This document shows, in pieces, positions 1 through 8,998 of a DNA stretch of 45,740 nt. Source of the DNA: Chromera velia (lineage: Eukaryota); contig JAHBMJ010000527.1 in NCBI GenBank assembly GCA_018398765.1, positions 1 to 45,740 of the forward strand, read 5' to 3'. Position numbers and translations under genes: made by a program. Position 1 is the stretch's first letter. Each line of letters begins with the position of its first letter. Below the pieces are notes generated by a model. It was not told where the DNA came from and searched no databases. It saw nothing but the letters and a program-made list of their open reading frames with translations.

Positions 1-1
1 G

Positions 2-2569
2 CATATGCGCAGCGATTGCCTCGAGTTCCACGAACGTCAGCCTCATCGGAACCGTATTCTGCTCTTCCTCGGACCAGATTCCCTTCCGAATCTGCATACC
101 AGCAGCGCGCAGTTCATATTGAATCGCTTCAGGTTGCATTTCGATTGCTCTACGAGGAAAACTATCAAGAGCTCGTTCTGTCACCTCATTTTGAACAGCT
201 GGTCGATACGGCTCAGTCATGTTTCTACAGAGATTGAGGAATTGTCGTTTCTGACAAGCAACTTTTTCACGGAGAAAAGGATTGCCTTTCATCCCTTTCC
301 CTTTAGGCACAAAGAGAATTATTTCTTTAGGCATCTGCTCTATTTTTTCTAGGATTTGTCCGACCAACTTGTCATGGTGCCGAAGGTCTGCGTCACTCTC
401 TCTTTCCTCCTTCTTGTCTTTCGTGAGCCTTGTTTCTGACTCATAGTTTTGCTCTGTGACGAGTCTAGGCTCGCAGACAGGCTGTCTGGAAAAACTAATT
501 ACCTCATCTTTTTCGTTTTCTTTTCCTACTTCTATGCTAACTTTAGTTGAAAAAGGAGGCAGAGGTTGTGTGCTTTGAGCACTAGGAAAAGTAGAAAGAT
601 TAGACTGAAGAAACTGATTTCTTGGATCAGAAAATTCAAGCCTAGGATTCTCAGCTTTTGGGGCATAAGAACCTAAAGAGTGAGGAGAAGAATTTTCAGA
701 GTTTATAGGAAAGACAAGGGGTTTGGAAGGGTGAGCAGAGTGTGAGGATGGATGAGGACAATGTGTACTTACCGGGAGGAAAGATTGAGAAGGAGAGACA
801 CCGAAGTTCTCCCCACGAGGCACGCCAGAGACACAGAGACCAGTTAGGTCATGCGCTAGACCAGATGATGACAGAGGCGGTTGTGTCGGCAAGCTTTGGG
901 GAAAGCGAGTGGGCAGGGGAAAGGGTCCACTCTGAAATTGGACGCTTCCAACTGGATGGTCCGCATTCAGAGGGCCAGAAACAGGTGGAAAGAGAGATGC
1001 ATGACTTTGGACTTTTCCAACAGGAAGGTCCGCATTTACAGGGGGCGAAAGGGGGGTAAGGGACGAGCGAAATTGGACTTTTCCATGAGGAGGGTCCGCA
1101 GTCGTATTCATAGATGAAGAAAGATTATAAGAAAGTTTACCGACATGCAACACTTTGTCTCTGTCAATAATTGGTCTCTGTTTCTCTGTCTCTGCCTCTC
1201 TTTCTTGATCAATACCCCCCTTTCCTCTCTCAGGGGGGGGGGGAAGACTCCCAGAGGTCGCCTGCAGGCAGGGAGGATGTCCAAAAGAGGCAGTGGAGAC
1301 GGATTCAGGTTGGCAACGATTGTGACCACTGTTTTTCATTGTCTCCTGCATCCAATCACTCATCTCCTTCCCTTTCTTTCTCAATTCCTCAATTTCTTTT
1401 ACCTGCTTTGCTTTCCGCTCTGCCTTTTCTCTTTCTGCATTGAGAGCACTATGGAGACGAACAGATTCAGGTGAAAGAACAGTGTGAAGTTGGGAGGGAG
1501 GAGATGGGATCTGGGCAGGTGAAAGTTGGGAGACGGCCAAACGAGTCTCAATCTCTCTCGAGTACCATACTTCTTTCCGCTTCATCTCTTCCAATTCCTT
1601 CAGTTTGGTTTCTTTCCATTCAGCCTTCTGCCTTCCTTCAAGTACCGCTGCGTTGAGACGGGCAGATTCGGGCGAAAGGCTGTATTGAAGAAAACTGGAA
1701 ATGGGAGGTTGGACAGGGTCTTTATCAGACTGTTTTTCTGTCTTCCTATCTGTCTCACTGTTTCTATACACTTCTTTCTCATGGTTGCCTTCTTTTCCTC
1801 TCACAGGCACAGAGGCAGGAAAAGGAGCGAGAGAAGAAGAAGATCTGGGGGCCGAAACACTCGATACTCCCACATTGATCTGACGAGACGGAACAGAGGA
1901 AGAGGACTGTGATAGTTCACAGAAGGGGAGAGGTGGAACCCTGAGAGGTACCTTGACTGGACTCACCGCCGTGGCCGCCTTAGGTGCCATCTCTCTGCTG
2001 CAAGGTTGGATCATGTGAAGCGAAGATGAGACAAGATGAGATGGAGGTGAAGAAAAAGCTTGTGCAGAGGCGAGATCTACACGTTGGAGAGGGCGAGAGG
2101 GGGAAAGGGAAAGAGAGACTTGTCTTTCTTCAGTTTCCTTGACCGAAGGGTTTGAAGTCTTCTGAGGACGCAAGCCAGAGGGAGAGGGAAAAAAGGAACG
2201 AGAGCCTTTTGCATCTGCGCCGCCTTCGTTCATGTCGGGAAAGCAGTGAGAACGTGGCAAAATTGGAGGGAGAGGGGCGGAAGAGGGAAAAAGTGAAGAG
2301 GTTTGATTCAGCTTTGCCAAAAGGCTAGCCGTCTCATACCCACGAAAATCAGACGGAGGCGAAAAAACGGAACGACGGCTTTCTGCATCAGCACGGCCAT
2401 CATTTTTGGGTGAAAAAGAGGGAGAGCGACGTCTCACTTCAGTGGAAGGAGAGTCTTCATGAATGGTATGCATGGGAGAAGGAGGGACTGACTCGCTCCG
2501 AAGAGCAGACGTACCGTTTCTTTCTCTCTCTCTTTCTTTTCTCTCTCTCTTCTTCTTTCGCGTCTGCAT
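2..2569 (-). CDS. Long intronless ORF (at least 856 codons, runs off the window start); probable retroelement Gag-like protein
   Basis: Manual translation shows a stop-free minus frame from ~2767 to position 2. The first ATG is at 2569 (MQTRKKKRERKERE...) and the frame ends ...KGIWSEEEQNTVPMRLTFVELEAIAAHM at the edge. It is probably absent from the ORF track because there is no stop in the window. The protein is Ser/Pro-rich with internal repeats. The Gag assignment is inference from lack of introns, TE context and a PBS-like motif upstream. Confidence 0.7.
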   Translation of the reverse strand, partial: MQTRKKKRERKERERERNGTSALRSESVPPSPMHTIHEDSPSTEVRRRSPSFSPKNDGRADAESRRSVFSPPSDFRGYETASLLAKLNQTSSLFPSSAPLPPILPRSHCFPDMNEGGADAKGSRSFFPSPSGLRPQKTSNPSVKETEERQVSLSLSPSRPLQRVDLASAQAFSSPPSHLVSSSLHMIQPCSREMAPKAATAVSPVKVPLRVPPLPFCELSQSSSSVPSRQINVGVSSVSAPRSSSSLAPFPASVPVRGKEGNHEKEVYRNSETDRKTEKQSDKDPVQPPISSFLQYSLSPESARLNAAVLEGRQKAEWKETKLKELEEMKRKEVWYSREIETRLAVSQLSPAQIPSPPSQLHTVLSPESVRLHSALNAEREKAERKAKQVKEIEELRKKGKEMSDWMQETMKNSGHNRCQPESVSTASFGHPPCLQATSGSLPPPPERGKGGIDQEREAETEKQRPIIDRDKVLHVGKLSYNLSSSMNTTADPPHGKVQFRSSLTPLSPPVNADLPVGKVQSHASLFPPVSGPLNADHPVGSVQFQSGPFPLPTRFPQSLPTQPPLSSSGLAHDLTGLCVSGVPRGENFGVSPSQSFLPVSTHCPHPSSHSAHPSKPLVFPINSENSSPHSLGSYAPKAENPRLEFSDPRNQFLQSNLSTFPSAQSTQPLPPFSTKVSIEVGKENEKDEVISFSRQPVCEPRLVTEQNYESETRLTKDKKEERESDADLRHHDKLVGQILEKIEQMPKEIILFVPKGKGMKGNPFLREKVACQKRQFLNLCRNMTEPYRPAVQNEVTERALDSFPRRAIEMQPEAIQYELRAAGMQIRKGIWSEEEQNTVPMRLTFVELEAIAAHM

Positions 2570-2688
2570 GGAAAGAGAGGAGGGAAGAAAGAAGCGATGA
2601 GTGGCTGAAGGACTCCAAACGAAGGAATCAGAAGGTTGTTTTTTGGTAGAAGTGGACGCAGTCAAACAAAACCGAAATCCGATAGGAG

Positions 2689-3184
2689 CTGCGTCACCAT
2701 TAACGTTGATTCTAGTGGTAGATGAATAACCTACCTTCCGAAGACGTTTCCTTCGGAGGGAACCCACTCACACACACACACAGGCACACGATCTATTCAA
2801 GTTCATACAGGTAAAGAGACTGTCAATGCTAAATCGATCCATCGAACTGCTAGAAGTCTCAATCAAGCTAGCTGAATCCATGAATTTCTGGCGGTTTGGA
2901 TTGTTCCGATTGCTGCAGACCGCGTTTTTTTCTGAAACCCGATTCGATACCGCGGTGGCCCGAGGTCCCGAAACGCCGTTGTCTGCATAGAGAGTGACCG
3001 GCGCCGCCCAGGGTCCAAAACTCCAGGCAGGCCGCCCGCCGCGCCGGCCGCGACATTCTCAGATCCTTTAGTAGATTTAGATGTGCAGAGGGAGACCAGT
3101 ACAAAGTATCATAAATGAGAAAGGATGAACGAGTAACTTGTTGGAGTAAGAGTACTTGCGTCAGAATAGTATGGACCACCTTCA
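2689..3184 (-). mobile_element. Possible 5' LTR plus primer-binding site of the element carrying the 2569 ORF
   Basis: Minus-strand TGGTGACGCAG at 2699-2689 lies ~130 nt upstream of the ATG and resembles the complement of a tRNA 3' end (...UCACCA). A hairpin lies at ~2735-2760 and a candidate TGAAGG start at 3184. There is no canonical CA immediately before the PBS, and no second LTR in the window. Confidence 0.3.
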
Positions 3185-3282
3185 AAGACTAACACATACG
3201 GAGCAGGTAGAAGACATTCAGATGCATGAAATCTGAGTGATTGGCCTGGGTGAAAAAGTGACTGGCACAACTGACAGCTATG

Positions 3283-4157
3283 CAGGGTTACCAATTTTTT
3301 TGGCGGTAGACAAACTTCATTACCGGTAACCGGTAATTACCGGTAAAGTTTGCTAGCAGTTAGCAAAGACTTGATAAAATTCTAAGAGTCACTAACACTT
3401 TTCAATAATCTAAGTCCTAGGTTATAGGTCAATCAATCAATCACTTAAGGCTAGACTTAAGGTCAATTCAAAAAGTTAATGCATCATCTGTAGAGACAGC
3501 TATGTGGCCAGTGTGCTTGAAGATGACGCAGGTCGAAGCGATGGGTCCCGTTTTGCACTTGGCGCCCAAAGACAGAGAACCGCTCAGCCTGGCCGCAATA
3601 ACCACAGCTGGCCTAGACAGATGCACCCGCGCGATTCCAACAACAGAAAAAGTCCGCCTCCAAAGAAAGACCCACCGCTAAAAGCTGATGTCTGAAGCCT
3701 CGAAGGGCCTCTAACTCTGAAGACCCAGGGGGATGGAGATTTATCATCTGCAAGCAAGTAGACATGAAAGAATCATAAATAAATAAGCAAACAGAGACAG
3801 GGAAAGCGAGTATGTGAACGAAAGGCGGTTAGACATTTGTAGAGACAGGGAGGGCAAGTATGTGAATGAAAGGCAATACAGACAAGCAGGACACGTTGAA
3901 ATAGGTCACACAGCTGCTGTGACTCCCTACGAATGATAGAACTAGATAGAAAGGGTTGATGTACACGGAGCTGAGGGACATAAACGAACACGAAAAAAAA
4001 ACGTTTTTGAAGGTTGGCGCCGCAGGCAAAATTTTTTTTTTAGACCCTAATTTTTATTATTTTTTTTGTCGGTAAAAGGAAGGCAGACTGAGGCCATTAC
4101 CGGTTACCGGTAATTGCCGGTAGACTAGACCTCTTACCGACCAGAAAAGCAACCCTG
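3283..4157 (-). mobile_element. Non-autonomous hAT-type DNA transposon, family A (CAGGGTT termini), copy 1
   Basis: Termini are CAGGGTTAC...GCAACCCTG. The 8-bp TSD is cagctatg (3275-3282) / cagctgtg (4158-4165), one mismatch. Subterminal (T)ACCGGTAA repeats occur at both ends. It is a reverse-complement homologue of 8999-10266. Confidence 0.9.
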
Positions 4158-4499
4158 CAGCTGTGTAAAGCTTTAAAAGAAACGATCAAAAAATTGACCC
4201 TTCTGAACACTCCCTATCGACCCCCTCTCAATGGCCTTTCTTGTACGTTTCTATCAAGCTCCTAGCAGGATAAACAAGCTGAAAGCCAAACAAAACACTA
4301 CACAGAACAAAAGAGCGAGCTGCGCTTCCATAACGGACCTGCGGGTGTCCCCGGTTCTCTGTCGACCAGGACCTACCTGCAAGTACGGAGGGACAGATGT
4401 TCACGCTTTTTTTAATCAAAGAAGCACTTCTGTCTCGGTTATTTTGTATGCACACGGTCCTAAAGAAAGGATAAACAGTCTGAGAAGCAAACAAACAAG

Positions 4500-5719
4500 G
4501 TGCTTCAATGCCAGGACAGCAAACAAGGTGCCTCTGGTGGTATGGGGAGGGAGGGAAGAAGACGAAGGAGGGGATGAATGGGAAGGAATGGTGAGGGGGG
4601 GGAGGGCGGGGGGGGGTATACCAACCAGAGAGAACATCAGAAGATGAAACGGAAAATCGGAAAGGAAAGCTGTTCATAAGGTTCTGCGAAGACCTCGGAC
4701 TGGTCCCACTGAATGGCCTCAGAAAGTGTGCACTTAAAGAGGGAGGGAGGGAGCATGACTTTGCTTTTGACAGTCAGTGCACCTATCGGAGTGCAGGGGG
4801 CGGCGAATCTCTCATCGATTATGTATGCGTGACTCCTTGTTTGCTTTTGTCTTGTGCATCCTTTTCGTTGTATATGTTGATGAGTGCCCCTTTTGATCAT
4901 GCATGTCTGAGACTGACCCTTAAAGGAGGAAAGAAGAAACCGCTACAAGAAGAGAAGGAAAAGAAGGGAGAGAAAAAAGAGAAGGAAAAGAAGAGAGGAC
5001 AAAAAGAGAAGAAAGGAGGGAAAAGACTGATCTTCAAAGAAACAGAAGAAGAAGAGGACAGAATAAGACCCAGATGGAAAGGGACTTTCACACGAAGAAC
5101 GGAAAGAGAATTCATAGAAGAATTGGACAAGAGAGTCACCATAAAGAAGATAGGGGAGGTATTCTGAGAAGTAAATGGTATGAAGAAAGGAGAAACAGTA
5201 GAGAAAGAAGCATTAGAAAGAGAATACAAGAAAATGAGACAGGTAAGAGAGGAAACATATAGGTGGGCACTAAGGCAATAAAAGAAGAGGGAAAGAAAAG
5301 GGAACGGAGAAGCCTTAGAAGCCGATGAGTCAGTGAGAATAGGAAAGGCAGAGTAAAGAAGAATAAGAGCACTTCAAAGAAAAATCAGAAGGAAAATGAA
5401 AAACTTGAAACAGAAGAAAGGCGAGGGGACAGAAAGAGGGCAAGAAGAGAGATGGCAGAGAGAATACAAACAGAGAAGAAAACAACTAGAAGAGGTAGAG
5501 AGAGAGAGGATCAGGATTGGGAAAAGGGAAGCATCTAAGGAAACAATAAGAAAGGTGCAAAGAATAAGGAAGGAAATAGGAGAAGGAGGATGCTAGAGGG
5601 TCTGGAGGAGACTAAGAACAGAAGACAAGAAGAGGGAACCAAGGAGGATGAAGGACAGTCTCACAATGAAACAAGTTACGAAAGGATAGGAAAAACAGAC
5701 AAAGCTCCCAGACGATGAA
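4500..5719 (+). pseudogene. Degraded APE endonuclease half and Lys/Arg/Glu-rich linker of the retrotransposon ORF
   Basis: There is one frameshift in the G-run at ~4595-4616. After it the frame matches the RT ORF, with in-frame stops at 5165, 5279, 5354, 5594 and 5687. Confidence 0.8.
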
Positions 5720-8404
5720 GTGGCTAGTGAAGTGGAAACAGAAAAGAAAGAAGAATGCAAAAGATGCACAACAGTAAGAGAAAAGAACACGAAGATAGCT
5801 ACCAAAAAGGAAGTGAGGGAGGCAATGAAAAAAGTAGGGAATCCTAAGAAAGCTGCTGGAAAGGATGGAATGCCTCCGGGTCTGCTCAGGTTGCATGAAA
5901 AATCTCAAGTGATAGTGAATGTATATGCTGATTTGATTAATGCATCTTTTTGTTATGCGTGGTGGCCAGAGGGATGGAATGATTTACCGGTAACGGCACT
6001 AGCGAAGCCTGGCAAATCACAGGCAGTGATGGGAGGGTGGAGAAACGTGCATCTGGCATGTGCAGATGCAAAATGGGGGGACACGATTCTCGGTAATAAT
6101 GTAGAGAGAGAAGCAAGGCAGAACCCATGGCAGTTTGCATATAGAAAGAAAGCAGGAACATGCGATGCCATCTTTCTTCTTTTGTTTGTGATTGCCCACC
6201 ATCTCTCTGTGATTGTGGCCCTCATTGATTTCACTCAAGCTTTTGATGAAGTCAGGCATAGCAAGCTTGAGCAGCAACTGAGAGAGGCAGGGGTTTCAGA
6301 GGAGCTAATCCGATGGGCCCTGTCATCACTCGAGAAAGTAAGAGCAAGAGTGAAAAGGACAGGAAAGTGGTATCCAGAACAGATAGGGACGAAACAAGGG
6401 GGGTCCAGTGGGCCAACTTTTTTCAAAAGATACGTACACGACCTGTCAGAGAGAGTAAGAAAGGTCCTAGAAGGGAGGGCTGGGAGAAGGAGAATAGGAG
6501 AACAGGGAGAAAGACCGAAAGTACCGGTCGGAGAGGATAGGAGGTGGATGGATTTTTTCTCCATATTATTTACAGACGATACGACTTTGCTCGATGCTAG
6601 GCTCGATGCAACAGACAGAGAATTGAACAAACTGCTGGAGAGAATGAGGAAGTATGCAGAGCCGCTCCGTCTCCTCTTTTCTAACAAATCGAGAGTACTG
6701 AGGTTTGGAAGGCAAAGGCAGACAGAAGAGATCAGAATAGGCAGCATGGTACTGAAAGAAGAGAAAGTACAGCCATTTTTGGGTCTGCTTCTTCCCTCAA
6801 ACTGCGACTTCGATGTAATGATGGCAGACAGAGCAGTGAGAGAAGAGAGATACATGCAAGGATTGATAGGAAAGTTAGCCAGAGAGCCAGCTGTGCCGCC
6901 GGCAGAATGTTTTCATTTGTTTAATCAGACGGTGCATGCAGTATGGATGTATGGATGCAAAATACACCCATGCACAGACAGGGCCTGTGCAGAATTCGAC
7001 GAAAAACAAAGACGCTTTGTGAGGTGGGTCTTGGGGTTAAGGAAGACAGAAAGCGCAAACACTACATTGATGGAGGGGAAGATGCTTCCAATTGATATTG
7101 AAGTAGTAGAGAGGACGATCAGATGGGTAAGAAAGGCACTAAAAGAAAAGAGGAAGGAGGCGATTGGGCAGGCTGTCATTCATTGCTTGAGAGCAAGAGT
7201 GGAGGATGAACTGAAGAGGGGAAGAAGAACAGAGTTGCATCCCTTTCACTTCTTTCTGCACTTGAAGAAATGCACACAGACACTATTCACAGAGAGAGGC
7301 CTTCATCCTTTTTCAAAAGAGAAGCTCGCAGGCCAGCTAGGAAAGATAGAGACACACGCAGTGAATGAAAGAGTAGATAGGATGGAAAGATGGATTGTAA
7401 GCAAGACAGATAAAGAAATAAAAGAGAGGAAGAAAGAAATCTTCAGGTGGAGAATTGAGAGGGGAGTGAGAGAGAGAGATAGAAGAGAGAGAGAAAAAGG
7501 AAGAAAAGTCCATATGGCACACATACACCGAACAAAAGCAAACGGAAACAGATTGCAGCTCATTTTGTTTGAAAAGGCGTCAGAAGAAAGACCAAGAGAG
7601 GGAATGAAAATAGAGAAAGAAAAACTGGGACGGGTGCCCTTTTCTTATAGAAGGGTAGCACCAAGAGGAGAACANNNNNNNNNNNNNNNNNNNNNNNNNN
7701 NNNNNNNNNNNNNNNNNAGAAGGAGAGCAGCCTGCAGAGTAGGAGACAGGACGTTAGCGGGAACAAAGGGAAAAGTGCCAGAAAGAGGAGGGCAGAGAGT
7801 GCCGTTGGAGGAGAGACTCTGCCCTTATTGCAAAGGATGGATAGAAACAGAGGTGTTGGAGGACGAGATCCATATGCTGACTGAGTGTCCGATTTATGAT
7901 AGAGAAAGAGCGCACATGTATAGAACATTAGGAGCAGACTGGAACGAGGGAAGAGAAAAGAGAGCAAGAGAAGTTTGCAGAGAGAAAAGAGAAGGACAAA
8001 GAGGAAGACTGCACACTGAGGCTCTGTTCAAATTCTTGATGAACGAAGGGCATAGTGCGGTGGATGAGTTTCTGGGGAGGGCGGCGTTCAGAAGAAGAGT
8101 GTTCAAGGAAAGCCCAGGAAGGTACGCACCTGGAAGCTCGTTAGATGAAACAGTGCTGGCACAGAGACACGGAGTGATCACAAAAAGAAAGGGAGGAACG
8201 GAAAGAAGAAAAGAAGAATACAAGACCATCCTGGAAGCAATGGAAGCAGGAAGACAGCTGAGGGAGGGAGAAGGAGAAATCGCTGAGAAAAGAATGGAGA
8301 AAGGGCGTGCACAAAGCCAAAATGTCCTTTCATCCTGTATCATTGGATCGATTTTTGGAGCAGTCCCTTCTGAGCAGCCCATAGACCAAAGCATGCAAAG
8401 CTAG
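5720..8404 (+). CDS. Non-LTR retrotransposon reverse transcriptase with C-terminal Cys/His finger (open part of ORF2)
   Basis: Motifs are KAAGKDG, QFAYRK, LIDFTQAFD, GTKQGGSSGPTFF, catalytic FTDD, FLG, thumb WMYGC...RWVLG, and ERLCPYC...EDEIHMLTECPIY. The ORF spans an N gap, and its stop codon is supplied by the inserted hAT TIR. Confidence 0.92.
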   Translation: MASEVETEKKEECKRCTTVREKNTKIATKKEVREAMKKVGNPKKAAGKDGMPPGLLRLHEKSQVIVNVYADLINASFCYAWWPEGWNDLPVTALAKPGKSQAVMGGWRNVHLACADAKWGDTILGNNVEREARQNPWQFAYRKKAGTCDAIFLLLFVIAHHLSVIVALIDFTQAFDEVRHSKLEQQLREAGVSEELIRWALSSLEKVRARVKRTGKWYPEQIGTKQGGSSGPTFFKRYVHDLSERVRKVLEGRAGRRRIGEQGERPKVPVGEDRRWMDFFSILFTDDTTLLDARLDATDRELNKLLERMRKYAEPLRLLFSNKSRVLRFGRQRQTEEIRIGSMVLKEEKVQPFLGLLLPSNCDFDVMMADRAVREERYMQGLIGKLAREPAVPPAECFHLFNQTVHAVWMYGCKIHPCTDRACAEFDEKQRRFVRWVLGLRKTESANTTLMEGKMLPIDIEVVERTIRWVRKALKEKRKEAIGQAVIHCLRARVEDELKRGRRTELHPFHFFLHLKKCTQTLFTERGLHPFSKEKLAGQLGKIETHAVNERVDRMERWIVSKTDKEIKERKKEIFRWRIERGVRERDRREREKGRKVHMAHIHRTKANGNRLQLILFEKASEERPREGMKIEKEKLGRVPFSYRRVAPRGEXXXXXXXXXXXXXXXRRRAACRVGDRTLAGTKGKVPERGGQRVPLEERLCPYCKGWIETEVLEDEIHMLTECPIYDRERAHMYRTLGADWNEGREKRAREVCREKREGQRGRLHTEALFKFLMNEGHSAVDEFLGRAAFRRRVFKESPGRYAPGSSLDETVLAQRHGVITKRKGGTERRKEEYKTILEAMEAGRQLREGEGEIAEKRMEKGRAQSQNVLSSCIIGSIFGAVPSEQPIDQSMQS
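7675..7717. other. Assembly gap (43 N)
   Basis: Run of Ns inside the RT ORF. Confidence 0.99.
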
Positions 8405-8998
8405 TGACCATGTTTGATTTAATTATATTTGATTTGATTTGATTTGATTTGATTTGAGCTTCAACCTCAAATATTTGATATTTGAGGTAAGATTTGAGGT
8501 TAACCTCTTAGGGTTCCTTACTGTCACTCTGATCATTTTTCTCATGACAATAGTTATCAGAACATTTCTGATGTGTGTTTCAAAAATTTAAAAAAATATA
8601 TATAAAATTATAACTTATCAGTTCCGTAAAAAAAATATGTCTGTGTGGTAGTGTATATACACTAGTCACTGAGACTCATTCTAGTACTAATAGAGATTAA
8701 GAACGTAAAATTGATAGATTTGAAATTGCATATGACTTTTTGTTGATACGATAAAGTTAGAGCACGTACCAAAATTGAGGTAACAATCACTCAGTGTAAA
8801 ATGTTTGCAGACGCTCAAAAAGGGGGCCGTAAAAGATGTTCCAGCACCAGAAAAGTTAACACAGCTGTTCAGGAAAACGTTCAGCTGATCGGTTTACCTC
8901 TGTATGAAGTAAAAGGGGATGAAACGTCAATTTCAGTGCAGCTCAAAACGTTTTTTTTTTGAGAGCAAACCATCAAGATTTAGGTTTTTTCATTTGAA

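Noticed and set aside
3504..3695. ORFs MASVLEDDAG... (also 9815-10045)
   Set aside because: They are antisense to the more protein-like cargo frame, start at GTG and have no recognisable motif.
5165..5689. Alternative genetic code or an intron removing the linker stops (CAG|GTAAGA at 5243)
   Set aside because: All three stop types occur, and host genes read normally. The first stop precedes this donor, and the purine-rich linker lacks an acceptor tract.
5720..8404. Retron, group II intron, DGR or telomerase RT
   Set aside because: Upstream APE motifs, the non-LTR-type thumb and the C-terminal CCHC identify a LINE-type ORF2.
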